A DNA stretch of 64,000 nt from NCBI GenBank assembly GCA_046563655.1, contig CM102285.1, positions 930,001 through 994,000 of the forward strand, given 5' to 3'. Below the pieces are notes generated by a model. That model did no database searches and was not told the DNA's origin. It worked only from the letters and a program-made list of their open reading frames with translations. A program made the translations under genes and the position numbers. Below are positions 48,090 through 61,538 of this stretch, piece by piece (within the stretch, counting starts at the first letter, position 1; the number at the start of each line of letters is the position of its first letter). Source of the stretch: Yuukianura sp. NJ FZ-2021. Its lineage: Eukaryota.

Positions 48090-51000
48090 ATGGCAAGCGT
48101 AAGGAACGAAATGGGGACAGTACGGGAAGTCCCACTGGTAAAAACTAAATAAACTGATTTTTTAGATAGAAAGTCAATATAGAAGAAAATTGTGTAATCA
48201 GAACATCCTTTTACTAAAAAGTGATTTAATAACTAGGGTTGTTCAAGTTCCGTTCCGTTCCGTTCCCACGAAGAAACGGAAACGGCACTGGAAGAGAGTT
48301 TTTTAAAGTGGAACGGAACTGGTTTAAAAATTGTGAAACGGAAACGAAAAGGCACCGGAATGAAACGGAACGGAACTGGAACCGAAATATAGACATAACT
48401 TGAGGGTCCGAGTGTTGGACGTAGCTTTTTGTCTTCCTATGTGGTCGAGATAAGCGAGAAATAACCACCATGAGCACATAAGAACAATATTTCAATCTTA
48501 TTCTGCATTTTTGATTAATTTTCTCTAAAGAATTGACTCAGAAGGTATGAAATTTAAATATTTGAGGAAGTTTTCGTTTCCAGTTCCATGGAGAGGTGAA
48601 AATGGTTGCACTACACCATGGAACTGGAGACAAAACAGAAATGGAACTTTTATTTCGTTTCCCAAAATGTGGAAACGGCACTGGAACCGGTTTCGTTTCG
48701 TTTCTGGCGCCGAAACTTGAGCATCCCTATTAATAACATATTAGAACTTATACTTTATGAAATTCTTGCAGCAAAGGAATACTCCCGAGGAGCTCAAGAC
48801 AATGATGAAGAAATTGTTTGAAGAGGAATACTACTCAAGCATACTTGAACGTCAAAAAAGCGCTGGACTTCATATTAGACTAAAAACTGTGGGTGGAACT
48901 TCTAATGCTGACTTGGAGAAAATGATCCTGGAAGATATTTCAAATTCAAATGGTCCGTTGTCAACACTTGTGCTTGGAGATTCGGGAACTGGAAAATCCT
49001 GGTTAGCACTCAATTTAGCCAAGACATTGTACGACTCTCCAGAATACGCCAACAAAATTCCTGTGTACATTCCGTTGGGGCGAATTGAGAAAATGATTAG
49101 GCAGCAGAAAGCTCAGCCGTCCAGTAGTTTCAGGTCGGACATTTTGTTTAGTTATATAATGAACCATACAAATCACTTTCCAACAAAAATTCAAGACAGG
49201 GAGTTGCAAAATTTGTATTTGGATCTCTGCGCATGCGAATTGGTTTTGGTTTTGGATGGATATGATGAGCTCAAAGTCAAGTCGAATTTGTGGGAAGAAA
49301 ACAAATGGAGGACTAAAGATTTCAAAAATGTTCGAACAATCGTTTCTTGTCGACCGAATGCACTAGTTGATGTTGACGTTTCAAAAGTGTTTGGATTCAC
49401 GGAAGAACTTCAATGTAGTTATGTCATATTACCATTACAAGGAAACATTGTTGGGCAGTATATTAGTCAAGTTCCGCTATTTTTACATTCACTTGAGTAT
49501 GATTCAAGGGTCAATGACCCATGGATGATGACCAAGTCTATTACAAAAGAATATCCAAAGTGGGAATCTACTGAGGAGGATTCCGAGTACAAAAAATGGT
49601 TTTTAGACAAACTTCCGGAATTGCAAGAATTGGCACAAAATGTTTTCATTTTGACAACAATTTGTCAACTGTTGCCAAAATTAGTAGAGACTGAGAGGAT
49701 TGCTTGTAAGAAGGAAGACGTAACTGATGAGTTTATGCAGAAATTACAAGAGCTTTGTAGAACAGAAGTTCTTTTGTATGATAGATTTACTGAAACTTGG
49801 TTTAATTATCAAGTAGAAAGGATGGAAGCAACTGGACATGCGCCTTTTCTTTATGAAAATCGTTATATACTGCATCACTATATGGGTGGGTATGCACAAA
49901 ATTTAGCCATGCGTTGTGCTCAACTTGACAGAGAAATGGTTTCAAATGGTGAAATTTCAGAAGATAAAACTTTGTTTTGGAATCTTTGGACTCCTTGGAA
50001 TCCAAACTCAGAAAAATTTCATAGAGATGAAAAGATAGAAAAACAACTTTTTCCACAAAATGAAAATGACACAAATGAAGATCGGCTAGAAAATCTGAAA
50101 TTTTTGAGGAATTCTTGTTTGCTGCGATACGAGTCAGGCGCTAAAATTTTTCGTTTTTTGCATTTGTCTCTTTTTGAATATTTTTTAAGCCGAGAAGTTT
50201 TTGAAAAATATCGTGGTGCATTGAATTACTATTCGAATTGGAACAGAAGAAGGGAAGGAGTTTACTTTCTAATTAATCAACATAATATTAATGATCCAGA
50301 ATTTAGCGGTGTTTTGTCCATGCTTGTTGGCAGAGCTGAAACAGATGAAAACTTTCAAGCTACTTTGCTAAAAGCAATTAAAAAATCTGCCACACTTCCC
50401 GGAATTGAGCAAATGGCTTCGAATGCTTTGACGATTTTAAATTTAAGCGGGTACAGTTTTTCTGGGAAAAACCACGAGGGCGATGATTTTCAAAATATTC
50501 AAGTTCCAGGAGCAAATTTTAGAAATTCCATTTGCGGAAACACTGATTTTAGTGGAGCAAATTTTGAAAATGCTAAATTGAATCAAGGCTGGTTTCAAGG
50601 ATGTAAATTTCAAGGTGTAAATTTTTCAAATTGTTCGTTCGGTCAAATTCCTCCAATTAATCTTGACTTACAAAATTTTCTCATTCATGACATTATTCTA
50701 TGTTCCACAATTGACGGATTTGAGCATGTCATCATCTGTTGTGAAGAACAAAGTCCAACAACAGAAGACGCAAAGGTTTATGTAAAAAATTACAAATTGA
50801 ACGCAAACTTTGAATTTGTAGAATGCAAATCATTTTTTGTTCAAGAAACCACTAAAGAAATAGAATACATATTTTCCTTAGTAGAACGTCCAAGCAGCAT
50901 TATTCTTTTCGTGTTTGTGCCTTGTGTATTAGGTTTTTTAGATGAGAAAATTATGCGTCCTGATTCTTGGCACGAATTCAGTTCCAACTCGGTTTTGAAT

Positions 51001-53622
51001 TCTGGAAAATTTGCAGAAACTAATATGAATTTGCAACATCATTTAAAAATTTTCGAGAAATTGGACACAACACAAAAATTTATTATGTTCTCCCAGAATA
51101 AACTTCCAGAATTTTGTGACAAGGAAACATCAATGTCAGTTTATGAAAAAAACCGAAAAAATGGCGTGCGTTTTTTGTGTGCGCGTTGGATAAAGTATAT
51201 TTGGATACCGTTTGGACAATTTAAATTTCTTGTTTCGATATCTTCTCGACATGCTGGTGAAATTGGAGGTATTATCGATCACGTTTCGGTTTTACACAAT
51301 TGGAAGCCAATTTTGTGCAACGATGAAAGCATTCCTTTAGAAATATTTTGGCAAGTTGACAGTTCTGGTTCTAAAGCAATGCAAGAAGAACAAGAGGCAT
51401 TTCAATTTCAACAAATCTCTATACACTGTCGTGGATCATACTTTGATGACAACGTGATTTTGAGTATTCCAAGCGCCGCAAATATTTACTTTTTTGACTT
51501 AAAGCACAACAAAGTACTCACTGTATTGAAAAATAACATTTTCAATGAAACTGTTTCACATAATAACAGTGCCATATCTGAAAGAATAGCCTTTACTCGT
51601 TACCCGATGGAACGCAACAGGGAAATACCAGGATATATTGCGAACATTGCGACAAGAAGGAATGTAGGCTGTTTTGTTTCCCAAGAATTTGACTTTATTG
51701 GACTAAGAAACCAACTTTCAACAGAAGTGTTTAGAGTTGAAAATGGAACGCTATCACAGTCTGTTCTCAAGGATTTCCAAACGCCTATTACGTTTAAACG
51801 TTCAAACGGGAGTGCTTATTTGGTTTACGTTTTTAAATGTTCCTTGCATTTTGAAAAACTTGACGTGGTTGAGCTTGGTCCAAAAAAGAGGGCTACAAAG
51901 TCTATTGCCGGAAAATATTTTTCAGGAGATGGAAGCTTATTTGTTGTAGTTGTCCCTTCTGCACCACTAACAGCTATCTTTGATATTTGGAAACTTCATA
52001 GTGAAGCTGGTAGTCACGTATTGAAAGAAAGTTTTGATAGTCGTATTCAGTTAAAAAGTTTTGAGATGCCTAAACAGAAGCACAGAGTTCTCATAACTCC
52101 ACGCAACTTGGTTGTATTTTCCTATTGGCTTTTTCGTCCTCCAGTTTCCCTGACTGTACCTCAGCTTAATGGGTATGATGCTGAATCTGGGAAAATATTT
52201 CAAGTAAACGGTATACCGTACGAGAGGATGTCTCAAGGAACTAAAGTTTTGATGTTTCAGGATTTACAGGAAATTGTGTTTAGAAATGACGAGGAGTTTG
52301 CATGTTATAGTGTTAGTGAAATTATTTGTGGTGATACATTCGCTGTAGAGTTGATTCCCAGCGTCAGTTTTACCTGCAATTTCCAAAGTCCCGAATTTTA
52401 CATTGATCCGAATGAAAAACGTATATATTTTTTCTCAAAAAAGGATACTAATTTTGACCGTATTGGAATTTGGGACCTACAAAATAATACGTACGGGACA
52501 TTCGATGTCAAAAATTATAAAATTGTTCAACCTAATATAAGTCTTTGTACAGTTCTCTTAAAAACAAAGATCATTCAAGGCTACTGCAACAAAAACTCGT
52601 TTAATATAGAAAGTACAAATGGATACAGCACATTACATGCAGAGAGTCCTGTACATGTTTCTTCCAGTTCAAAATTAGGTTGGATTGTAGCACAGTTTCG
52701 CAATGGGGATTTAGTCATTTTAGAATCAAGAAAGTTGGTAACATTGTTTGTCTTTTGTGGATTTCAACCTGGGTTTAAATTTCAAATAACATTTAAATCT
52801 CCTGAACAAGTTCGTATCGCCCTTATTAAAGATTATGCTGGAGAGGTAGTTTGGCTGAGTATAAACGCAGTGGCTCTAAGGCAGTATTATGAACAAGGAA
52901 AATTGAAAGAATTCAAAGACTGGAAAGTTAATAAAAGTGAAGTTCCAAGTTCCAGTCTTTCGTTGAGTGAAGTTGACATAAGCTGCTCACGAGCGATGGA
53001 TAAGCGATTTGGGTCACTGTTTAAATTTCATGGTTCACTTGGTTCTCCGTCAGAGGGAGACGCGTATAAACCATTTTGCAATTTGTTTCTACCGGTAACA
53101 GACTACCAACATTCCATTCTAACAACTTCTGGCAGTAAACAACTGGTTGACTTGACTACTAAAAACTGGACAGTGACAGTCATTACTAAAAAGAATAAAT
53201 TTAAACAGTTGCGTCAAGCAGTGCATGGTTCAGTAGAACAACATGCAGCGTTGATTATTGAAGGAATTTTACATGGGGGACACTTTGTCATTAGAGCGGA
53301 ACTGACACGAGAAAACAAAGCAGTAAAAATCAAATGTGAATCTTTTAGAGGGAAATCACTGTATGAAGAAATTATTAAGAAATATTTTGGAAAGCAACTT
53401 GAAGTAAATCCTGAAATGGGAATGAAATTGTTGAAAAATATTTGGGTAGATACGTATAACCTACAATGGAAGTACAATTTATTGCATCATAACTGTAATA
53501 GCTGGTGCAAGGAAAAACTCAAGGAATTGAATATTGAAACCAAATTTAAGTCTAAACCATATAAACTTTTCGCTGACCTTCCAAAAGATTTTGAGTTGAA
53601 GGAATTTAAATTTAGTAAATAA
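48090..53622 (+). CDS. NLR-like STAND protein: NACHT, pentapeptide repeats, divergent beta-propeller-like region and a C-terminal PPPDE/LRAT-like peptidase motif; probable exons 48090-48098 and 48772-53622
   Basis: Walker A GDSGTGKS, Walker B LVLVLDGYDE, IVSCRP, LYDRF..WF and FRFLHLSLFEYF. Pentapeptide block ASNALTILN..G.SF..DFQNIQVPGANF...DFSGANFENAKL. C-terminal QHAALIIEG...YNLLHHNCNSWC. ATG GCA AGC|GTAAGG joins in phase 0 to the TTGCAG|CAA acceptor. An alternative start is the in-frame ATG at 48757. Confidence 0.85.
48234..48729. mobile_element. hAT-like non-autonomous element (496 bp) in the first intron of the NACHT gene
   Basis: TIRs TAGGGTTGTTCAAGTT / AACTTGAGCATCCCTA, a perfect 8-bp TSD TTAATAAC (48226-48233, 48730-48737) and many GGAAC/GTTCC subterminal repeats. 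Confidence 0.9.
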
Positions 53623-54294
53623 ATGTGACTATCATGTTATAAAAAATTTAACACTGTTAAGGATTTGAACTACAAATTATGTTTATTATGAAACAAAATT
53701 AACGCTGGCTGGATCTTTTTCCACTGCGATTGGCGACTGCTTTCATAAACTTTTTCTGTTGATTCTGTACACATATATACAGCAGCACTCAACATTAAGT
53801 TCGAAAATTGTTATTTAACTATTTTTCCAGAATTTTTGAATTTGCAAGAAAAAACAATTTGCAAAATTTTATACTTTTTGTCAGAGTTGGCGCAAAGCGA
53901 ATTATCAAAATTGCTAGTTTCAGGAATCGAACTGAATATTTTTTATTACTGAACTGAAGTTTTGAAACATCAGTCGGAAGTTTAAGGTAAACCATAGTTA
54001 AATACCAACATTTAACTTTTAACTGAACTAATTTTTAATTATAAACTTTAACTATATAGACAATTTTTTGACGTTTATTTTCAACTACTCTAATACCACA
54101 CCGCTTACTTTGAAGAACTATAAATAGCAGTTGTTTAGATTTCACAATTCACGTTTCTAAAATCAAGTCGTGTGAAAGTCAAAAGTTCAGATTAAACTAT
54201 TTTGGCTAAATGCTGAAAAAATTAATATAAAAATTTTAATTGTAATTGTGCATCTGAATATGTAATTTTTACATTGGTTTAAGTTTCTACCCTA

Positions 54295-56748
54295 CTACAC
54301 AAGTTGATAAACGTGACCAAACTCATGTCTCATGATCCACCACTTGATTTCGAACAACTCTTGCAGCTGAATAATATTCCGTAGCTCCAGTTTCTATAAA
54401 AGTTCGTCCCCAAACGTTATTGATATTAATATAACAATATGTATAGCATTTATGTTATTTAGAACATAATTTCATTTTATTCAACATTTTTCTTAATTGT
54501 ACAATGGATACTCACCTTCACGGTTTTGCCATATGCACGAAGGGATGTCGAACCTTTTAAGAAAAAATTGATGCAGTCAATCAACAAATAGTCGAGAAAA
54601 AATTGGCGGGATGAACGTTATATAAAAAAGTTGTTGCGTCACACGAGTAATAACAACCGACTTACCGCGTTTCTCCTGTGGGATCACGTACCAGAGGTGC
54701 ACAGATTTCAATTTCGGCAGCATCAAACCCTTTGCACTTCTGATCAACCTTGACATAACCTCCTCACTTCCATCCAAATACTTGTATTCTAGTCGCTCTA
54801 AGTCTGAAAATCATTACAAATAAACGCGTGCTTTTGAGCTTCTTCAGTAAGGAGAAGTTTTCCGTTATGTATAACACATTTTGATTTACACAAAAAATAG
54901 TAAAGTGTCGTTTCAAAATTATCGGTATTTATTTTTACGTAATCGCAACTTACTCCTAAATGACACGACGTCGGGTTTTCCTCCACACTCTAGGTCAAAG
55001 TCATGGTCTTTATCCGTACGGCGCCGACCATAAATGCCGTCAGCATAAACAATTACAAGGTGACGGACTTTTGTAAAGTGGTTTAATAAACCAATCAGAG
55101 TACGCGTAACTTCATGGCACACCTTCAGCGTAGTAACGTTCGGGAATAGTTTGTAGTAAGGTAAAAGTATAAATTCCTCATCCAGTCCAGGAGGCGCGTG
55201 CATGTCCATATGCAATTCTACCACATTCGGGTAGATATTGGAAAGTTCTGCTGGGAAATCATGAGTGGAGAGGCCAGTAGGATTTCCAATCAGAATTACG
55301 CGTCTTAGGCGCGGAAGTTTGGTTGGGCTGAAAACCTTCAAGGGATTTTCCAACCACGTACGTTGTGCAGTACAAAGTGTTTGAACGCGCGGGAAAACAC
55401 GATTCACGAGTTCTCCTACGCCAGGTTCGAGTAGGGCTTCAAAATTTTGAACTTGGTCATTCCACAAACGACGGAATGTTTCCGTTTCATCTTCATTAAA
55501 AAAGGGACTTACTTCACGTCGGTATCTTCGTGCATTTGCTAAAAACCACTTTTCGGTGTACCTTTGGTCGTCTTTGTTTCGTGTATCATACTCAAGCTCT
55601 ATAAAATTTGACCCAAGATCAGCCAACTTGGTGTCAGACCAAAAATGAATATGTTTTAGTGTAACAAATTCCAATACTGGAGCTTTTCTTATTAAAACTT
55701 CAATCCATTTGTGGATGCTGAAAATGATAGGTCATATGAGTGATTTTTTCCGTTCTACATTCAATTTTGACTTTCATGATGTAAATGAACCAAGGTTCCT
55801 TGACAATGAAAAATGAATTTTCTTTAACAGGTTGAGTACTACCTTGCTTGTTGACAAAAATATTTAAAAAAACAAAACAAGAAATTGGTACCAATTTAGG
55901 TACCTATACACAACACTACGGTACCAATTTGCATATAAAATTTAAAAATTCGGCTGTATTGTTATGACTACGATACAATGAAATTAAAGGTTCTTTTTTG
56001 CGAAATCGAAAAAACAGGAGGTATTACTCAACCTGTTAAAGAAAATCAAAGTCAACAAACCTTGTGAAAGAACAATTCAAACATTTACACTTTAAAAAAT
56101 TATGAAATTTACCTGGCCCAATATACGTCCAAAATCGTTAATTTGGGCAGTACTGGAACTGGAATTTCCTCTACCGATAGTTTCTTGCTCGTTTTTTTAT
56201 ACGAGTACGCAAACGTGATTTGGAGTACTTCCAGAGTGCTGCCAACTAAATGCAGAAGAGTACTGATTCGCTTGAGCGATTCCTGATGGCTCAATGGTCG
56301 AGACAGTTGATAGTCTGATCCATTGGCATAAATGTCGCTGCTACGTGTAAAACTTATGCTTAGTTCCACCATGGTAGAGGCATAGAGAGTTCCAAGGTCA
56401 TTGACCTCAGCATCCGATCCAATGTACACATTCCATAGAAATCGGGGAAACGGAATTGGCACTTCCGCTTCAGAGAATGTGGACAGGAACAGACGCAGTT
56501 TTTGATCCGACTCCAGTTGGACGTAGTGGAGGGAATTTATGAAATTGGGATTTGAAAATTGAAGGAATATTTGGTTGAACGTGGAGCAGACGAGTCGCAT
56601 GGAACAAGAGTCTTGTACATTCAGATACTTGAAAACATGCTCTAAACTCTGTTAAAAACAATCATAAACAATCAGTTAGTTGAACAATTAAATAAAACTT
56701 ACTTCTTTAGACCAATTGCATTTTTACCAAATGTGGCAAGTTGTCCAT
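54295..56748 (-). CDS. F-box/LRR-like protein, paralog C
   Basis: MDNLPHL|SLEHVFKYLNVQDSCSMRLVCSTF, colinear with B and D, ending WIMRHEFGHVYQLV*. Confidence 0.83.
55790..56064. mobile_element. CAAGG-ended MITE in an F-box C intron
   Basis: CAAGGTT...AACCTTG termini with TTTCTTTAACAGGTTGAGTA / TACTCAACCTGTTAAAGAAA arms. It is absent at the equivalent site in paralog B (about 46255-46270). Confidence 0.65.
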
Positions 56749-57957
56749 CTTCAAATGTGGTTCAGAAATTTCTAGATCTGTGAGTTGTAAACTGATTCAA
56801 GCTTTTCCCAAGTACCAACTGAATATTTTTTTTCTTTTAGAGTAGCACTTTGGGCTGAAAAGAACATTGGATTTTCTATTTTGAGCAATTGTAAATCGGT
56901 TTGGTTGAAGCAAAGGGGAAACTTCAAAAATAGCGCCTATACTAACAATGGTAAGGGTTCTATTTGGCGATTCCGATTGTAAAAGAACTTTTTTTTTCGG
57001 TTTGAGTTTTGTAGTAACTTAATTTGCTAAAGCAATTAAAATATTACATTTGTGTTTTCCTGCTTATGTCTGTGATTCTGCTGCTGCAAATGTAAAGTAA
57101 AAGCAATTTAACATAATTTCTTCGTGTGTTTGTTCTGATGTAACCCTTTGAACAAACGGCTTAGAATAACTAAACCATTGTTAAATAACATAGTCTAAAG
57201 TGTAATCAATCACAAAAGATTATTTAAGCATTCGTTTTTTTTGTATACATAATAAAATCTCTATTTTATTTCTCAATGCAATGAGAGTTATAGTAAGAGA
57301 AGTGACTTCACTTTTAGTCAGGGAGTTTCTACTATAAATAATTTATAGAGTTTAGAAAAAGGATTTAATTTGCGGCGAGTAGTGACATCACTTTTTCAAG
57401 TTATCGGATTTCCAAGATTTATAAATACAGTACAAAAACGAGAAAAGTTTTGAGTGACGTCACAGATTTGAAATCGACCTATCGTGGGAGCTGTAACAAA
57501 ATGGGCGGAGCGTGAAAAGAGGCGGACTTTCTATAATTTATAACCTTTATGTATAACTATTTATACCTATTTATAACCTTTATCTATAACTTTGTCCAAA
57601 CTGTGATTTATGCAAATTTGTTAGTTTCAGAAATTAGAGTAACTGTAACCTCTAACCGTACTTAAGTTTTAACTTAAGTTCACAACTAATTTTTAACTCT
57701 AATATTAACTAGACAATTTTTACAAGTTTACATTCATTTCCGCTGGTACAGCGCTACACCATGAAGAATTGTTGCGGTCGATTTATATTTCACAATTCAC
57801 ATTTCTAAATTCGAATTCCCTCTCCATCCGAAAGTCAAAAATTCAGTTTAAACAATTTTTGTTAAATGTTGAAAAATTTTACATAAAGAATTTCGAAATT
57901 ATCCTTGTAGTTGGAGTTTGTAGTTTGTTTTAAGGTAAGGTTTCTATATCGATCCTT

Positions 57958-60900
57958 CTACACGAGTTGTTCTGCTTCACATGCGCCCATTCTGCTGATC
58001 CACCACTTGATCTCGAAAAACTTTTGAAGTTGAGCTACATTCGGTAGCTCCTGTTCCTATGATAAATTCATTTTCGTAGGTTATTTGTAATAATATAGTA
58101 TAATATTTGCATATTTTGTAATATAGTCTCAATTTATCGTAAGTTGTTTTTCTATTGAACAAATGAATGCTCACTTTTAAGGATTCGCCATACTGGCGAA
58201 CAGTTGTCGAACCTAAATTTAAAAAAGAATCCAATCAATTAAAGCAAAAAATTTCAAAAGTGCAAATGGACAGATAGAAGCTATGGAAAAGTTGTCCAAC
58301 GAGTAAAGACAATTGACTTACCAGTCCTAAGCGTCTTATGTGGAATCACATGCCATAGGTACACAGACTTCAACTTCGGCAGCGCAGAAGCGTTTGCACT
58401 CTTAATCAATCTTGACATTACCTCTTCACTTCCGTTCAAATACCTGAATTCCAGTCGCTCCAAGTCTGAAAATTATTCCAAACAAATGTGTTATATAATA
58501 TTTCCTACATCGATAATCACGTAAAAATATATGTACAGTATCTGCATATAAACGAATAGAAATTATTAACATTTACGCATAAACATTCACACGAACATGC
58601 ACAAGCATTTATGTATGGCCGAATTTTGCCACAGAACTTTGCCGCAGAATTTTACCACAGAATTTTGAGTAATTCGAAAACCATGGGGCGAAATCCGTCG
58701 CAAAACAGGATTTACATATATGACTTCGAGAGGTTGTAGAATTGTGGAGTGACAACTCAAGGGTTAGAGTACTTCCCGAATGGAAGAGGTGTATATGTTC
58801 GAATCCCACTCGGTATCTTATTTGCTACACTCTCGTTCTTTGTCTCTCAAGCCATGTGATCCCTGAACGTTCAGTTTTTAGTGTGATACGCTGTATTTAT
58901 ACATATATACTCCTGGGATAGGTGTATTTACATTTACGTATATTAACGCAATTGGAACTTACGCTTAAATGACACGACGTCAGGCTTTGCTCCACACTCC
59001 AGATCAAAGTCATGCTTTTCACGATAACGGCGTGAATCCAAAAGGCCGGTACCATACTGAATTACAAGGTGACGGACTTTTGGAAAGTGGTTAAGCAAAC
59101 CAATCAGATTCCGAGTAACCTGACGCTCCAGTTTCAGCATAGTGACATTCGGGAAGAGTTTGTAGTAAGGCAGAAGTGCATATCTCTCCCCTCGTTTCCT
59201 TCTCACGCGCATAAACAATTCCACGACATTCGGGTAGATGTAGGAAAGTTCCGTTGGGAAATCAAGAGTGGAGAGGTTATTCGGATTTTCACTCAGAATC
59301 ACGCGCCTCAGCCGCGGAAGTTTAGTTGGGCTGAAAACTTTCAAGGGATTTTCTAACCACGTACGTGGTGAAGTCCAAAGTGTTTGAACGCGCGGGAAAA
59401 CATGATTTGCCTGTCTGTCAAATTCGATCAGCACTTCAAAATTTCGGATTTGGGCATTCCACAATCGGTGGAATGTTTCTGTTTTACGTTCGATCCGTAC
59501 AGAAAAGGGACTTATCACACGTTTGTATCTTCTTGCATTTGCTAAAAACCACTTTTCCGTGTAGATTTGGTCATCTTCGTAGTATGTGTCATAATCAAGC
59601 TCCATTAAATTTGATCTAAGGTCAGGCAACAGGAAGGGCGAGGAAAACGGAGAATTAATAATGTTTCTTCGTGTAACGAATTCTAATATAGGAGCTTTTC
59701 TTATTAAGGCTTCAGTCCATTTGAGGATGCTGAAAATCATAGAACATAGGCATGAATCACATTAACACTTTTAGTTCTACACTGAATTTTGATGTTTATG
59801 ATATGATAAGGAAAGATCAACTAAAATATTTAAAAATTTAAAAAAAATTAAAATAGCGGGTGTATTAAAGCTAAGTTTATTTATTATTGTTTTGATGTTT
59901 CGTAGGGGTGGGTCCGTTTCGTTTCGTTTCTCGCTGGAAACAGAAACGGAACGGCACAGCGTGTGTGGAAACAAAAACGCAACAGAAATTTTGAGCATGG
60001 AACGAAACGGAACTGGAACAGAACCGAAACGGAACTAGAACAAGAAATGCATGCGTTGTATAGCAAACCCTCCCGAATGCATCTTAGCCGTCAATTTCGA
60101 AACTTTGCAAATGCGCCGGTTAGTCATTTGACTCGCTAACAACATCCATAAGCATGTGGAAAATCGGTTAAAAACTAAATTTTGTCGTTAAAAATTTCCG
60201 GTTCGACATTTTTACAGCTAAAAATCGCCGAACACAAAGAAAATTCTTAAGTTCTGTTCCAGTTCCGTTTCTGATCTTGGAACAAGAACAGAAGGGGATG
60301 GAACAGAAACGAAACGGAACCGGATTTTCTGTTACAAAAAATTATGGAACAGAAAAGAAACGGAACTGGAACAGAGGCTGTTCCGTTTCTTGGAACTGGA
60401 ACTTTCCCACCCCCAGATTTTGTGTGATGAATAAATAATTCTGTAAATTAATATTACGCTTTTAAGATTAACTCACAGATTAACTAACCTGTCACCTGTT
60501 ACGCCCAAAATGGAAAGTTTGGGCAGTACTGGAACTGGGGCTTCCTCTTCCGACAATCTAGTATACCAGCAGAACGGGAAACTAATTTCCAGCATTTCCA
60601 ATGTGCTTCCCACCAAGTGCAGAAAAGTGCTGATTCGCTTGAGCGATTCTTTCTGACTCAATGGTTCAAACAGTTCATAGTCTGCTATGTCAACAAACAA
60701 GTCGATGCTACGTGTATCAGTTATGCTTAGTTCCACCATGGTAGAGGCATAGAGAGTCCCAAGGTCATTGACCTCAGCATCTGATCCAATGTACACATTC
60801 CATAGAAATCGGGGAAACGGAATTGGCACTTCCGCTTCAGAGAATGTGGACAGGAACAGACGCAGTTTGTCATCCGACTCCAGTTGGACGTAGTGGAGGG

Positions 60901-61110
60901 AATTTATGAAATTGGGATTTGAAAATTGAAGGAATGTTTGGTTGAATGTGGAGCAGACGAGTCGCATGGAACAAGAGTCTTGTACATTCAGGTACTGGAA
61001 AACATGCTCCAAAACCTGTTAAAAACGATCAGTTAGTTTCACAAATGGATTAAACCTTGTTTTCTAAATCCATAGTGGATAGTTTTTACCAAACGTGGTA
61101 AGTTGTTCAT
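57958..61110 (-). CDS. F-box/LRR-like protein, paralog D
   Basis: MNNLPRL|VLEHVFQYLNVQDSCSMRLVCSTF, colinear with B and C, ending WISRMGACEAEQLV*. Confidence 0.85.
59903..60415. mobile_element. hAT-like MITE related to 48234-48729, in an F-box D intron
   Basis: TAGGGGTGGG...CCCACCCCCA termini and the same GGAAC/GAAAC subterminal repeat style. No clean TSD. Confidence 0.65.
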
Positions 61111-61277
61111 TTTCAAATGGCCAGGAATTTCAAGATACCGTGTAACAGTTCTATGAGTTGTAAATAGATTCAAACTTTTCTGAAGTACCAACTGACTATT
61201 TTTTGTGTTAGCACTTCAGGCTCAAACGGACCTTCGTTTCCTATTTTGTCAAGCAGTAAAAACGGTTTTGTTCAAAC

Positions 61278-61538
61278 CAAGGTTGTTTAAACAGTTTTAT
61301 TAACAGGTTACACCGTAACTCATCTTTTCAAATTTTCAAATTCTTTGAACCGCAGCATGACCCGACTCTGTTGCATTAGCAATTCGAAATCAAAACTATG
61401 GCTCAGCAACGTGAAAATTAAAAAATTTCAAAAGATTATTGTGGATTTAAATAAAATTGGTCAAAAAGTTGTTTTTTAATCGGAGTTACGGCAAAACCTG
61501 TTGGCGCATTTGTATAAATGGGCGCTATAGCAACCTTG
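61278..61538. mobile_element. CAAGG-ended MITE with 8-bp TSD, upstream of F-box D
   Basis: TIR CAAGGTTG/CAACCTTG and TSD GTTCAAAC (61270-61277, 61539-61546). The empty site is visible upstream of paralog B (GGTTTTTGTTCAAACCAAAGGG, about 47378-47398). Confidence 0.9.

Noticed and set aside
48757-53622. Bacterial contaminant sequence
   Set aside because: It is embedded between duplicated intron-containing F-box units and preceded by splice signals and a host MITE. Read-level confirmation is still needed.
54315-54330. HEFGH (HExxH) zinc-protease motif at the end of F-box C
   Set aside because: It is not conserved in paralogs A, B or D and lies a few residues from the stop, so it is probably chance.
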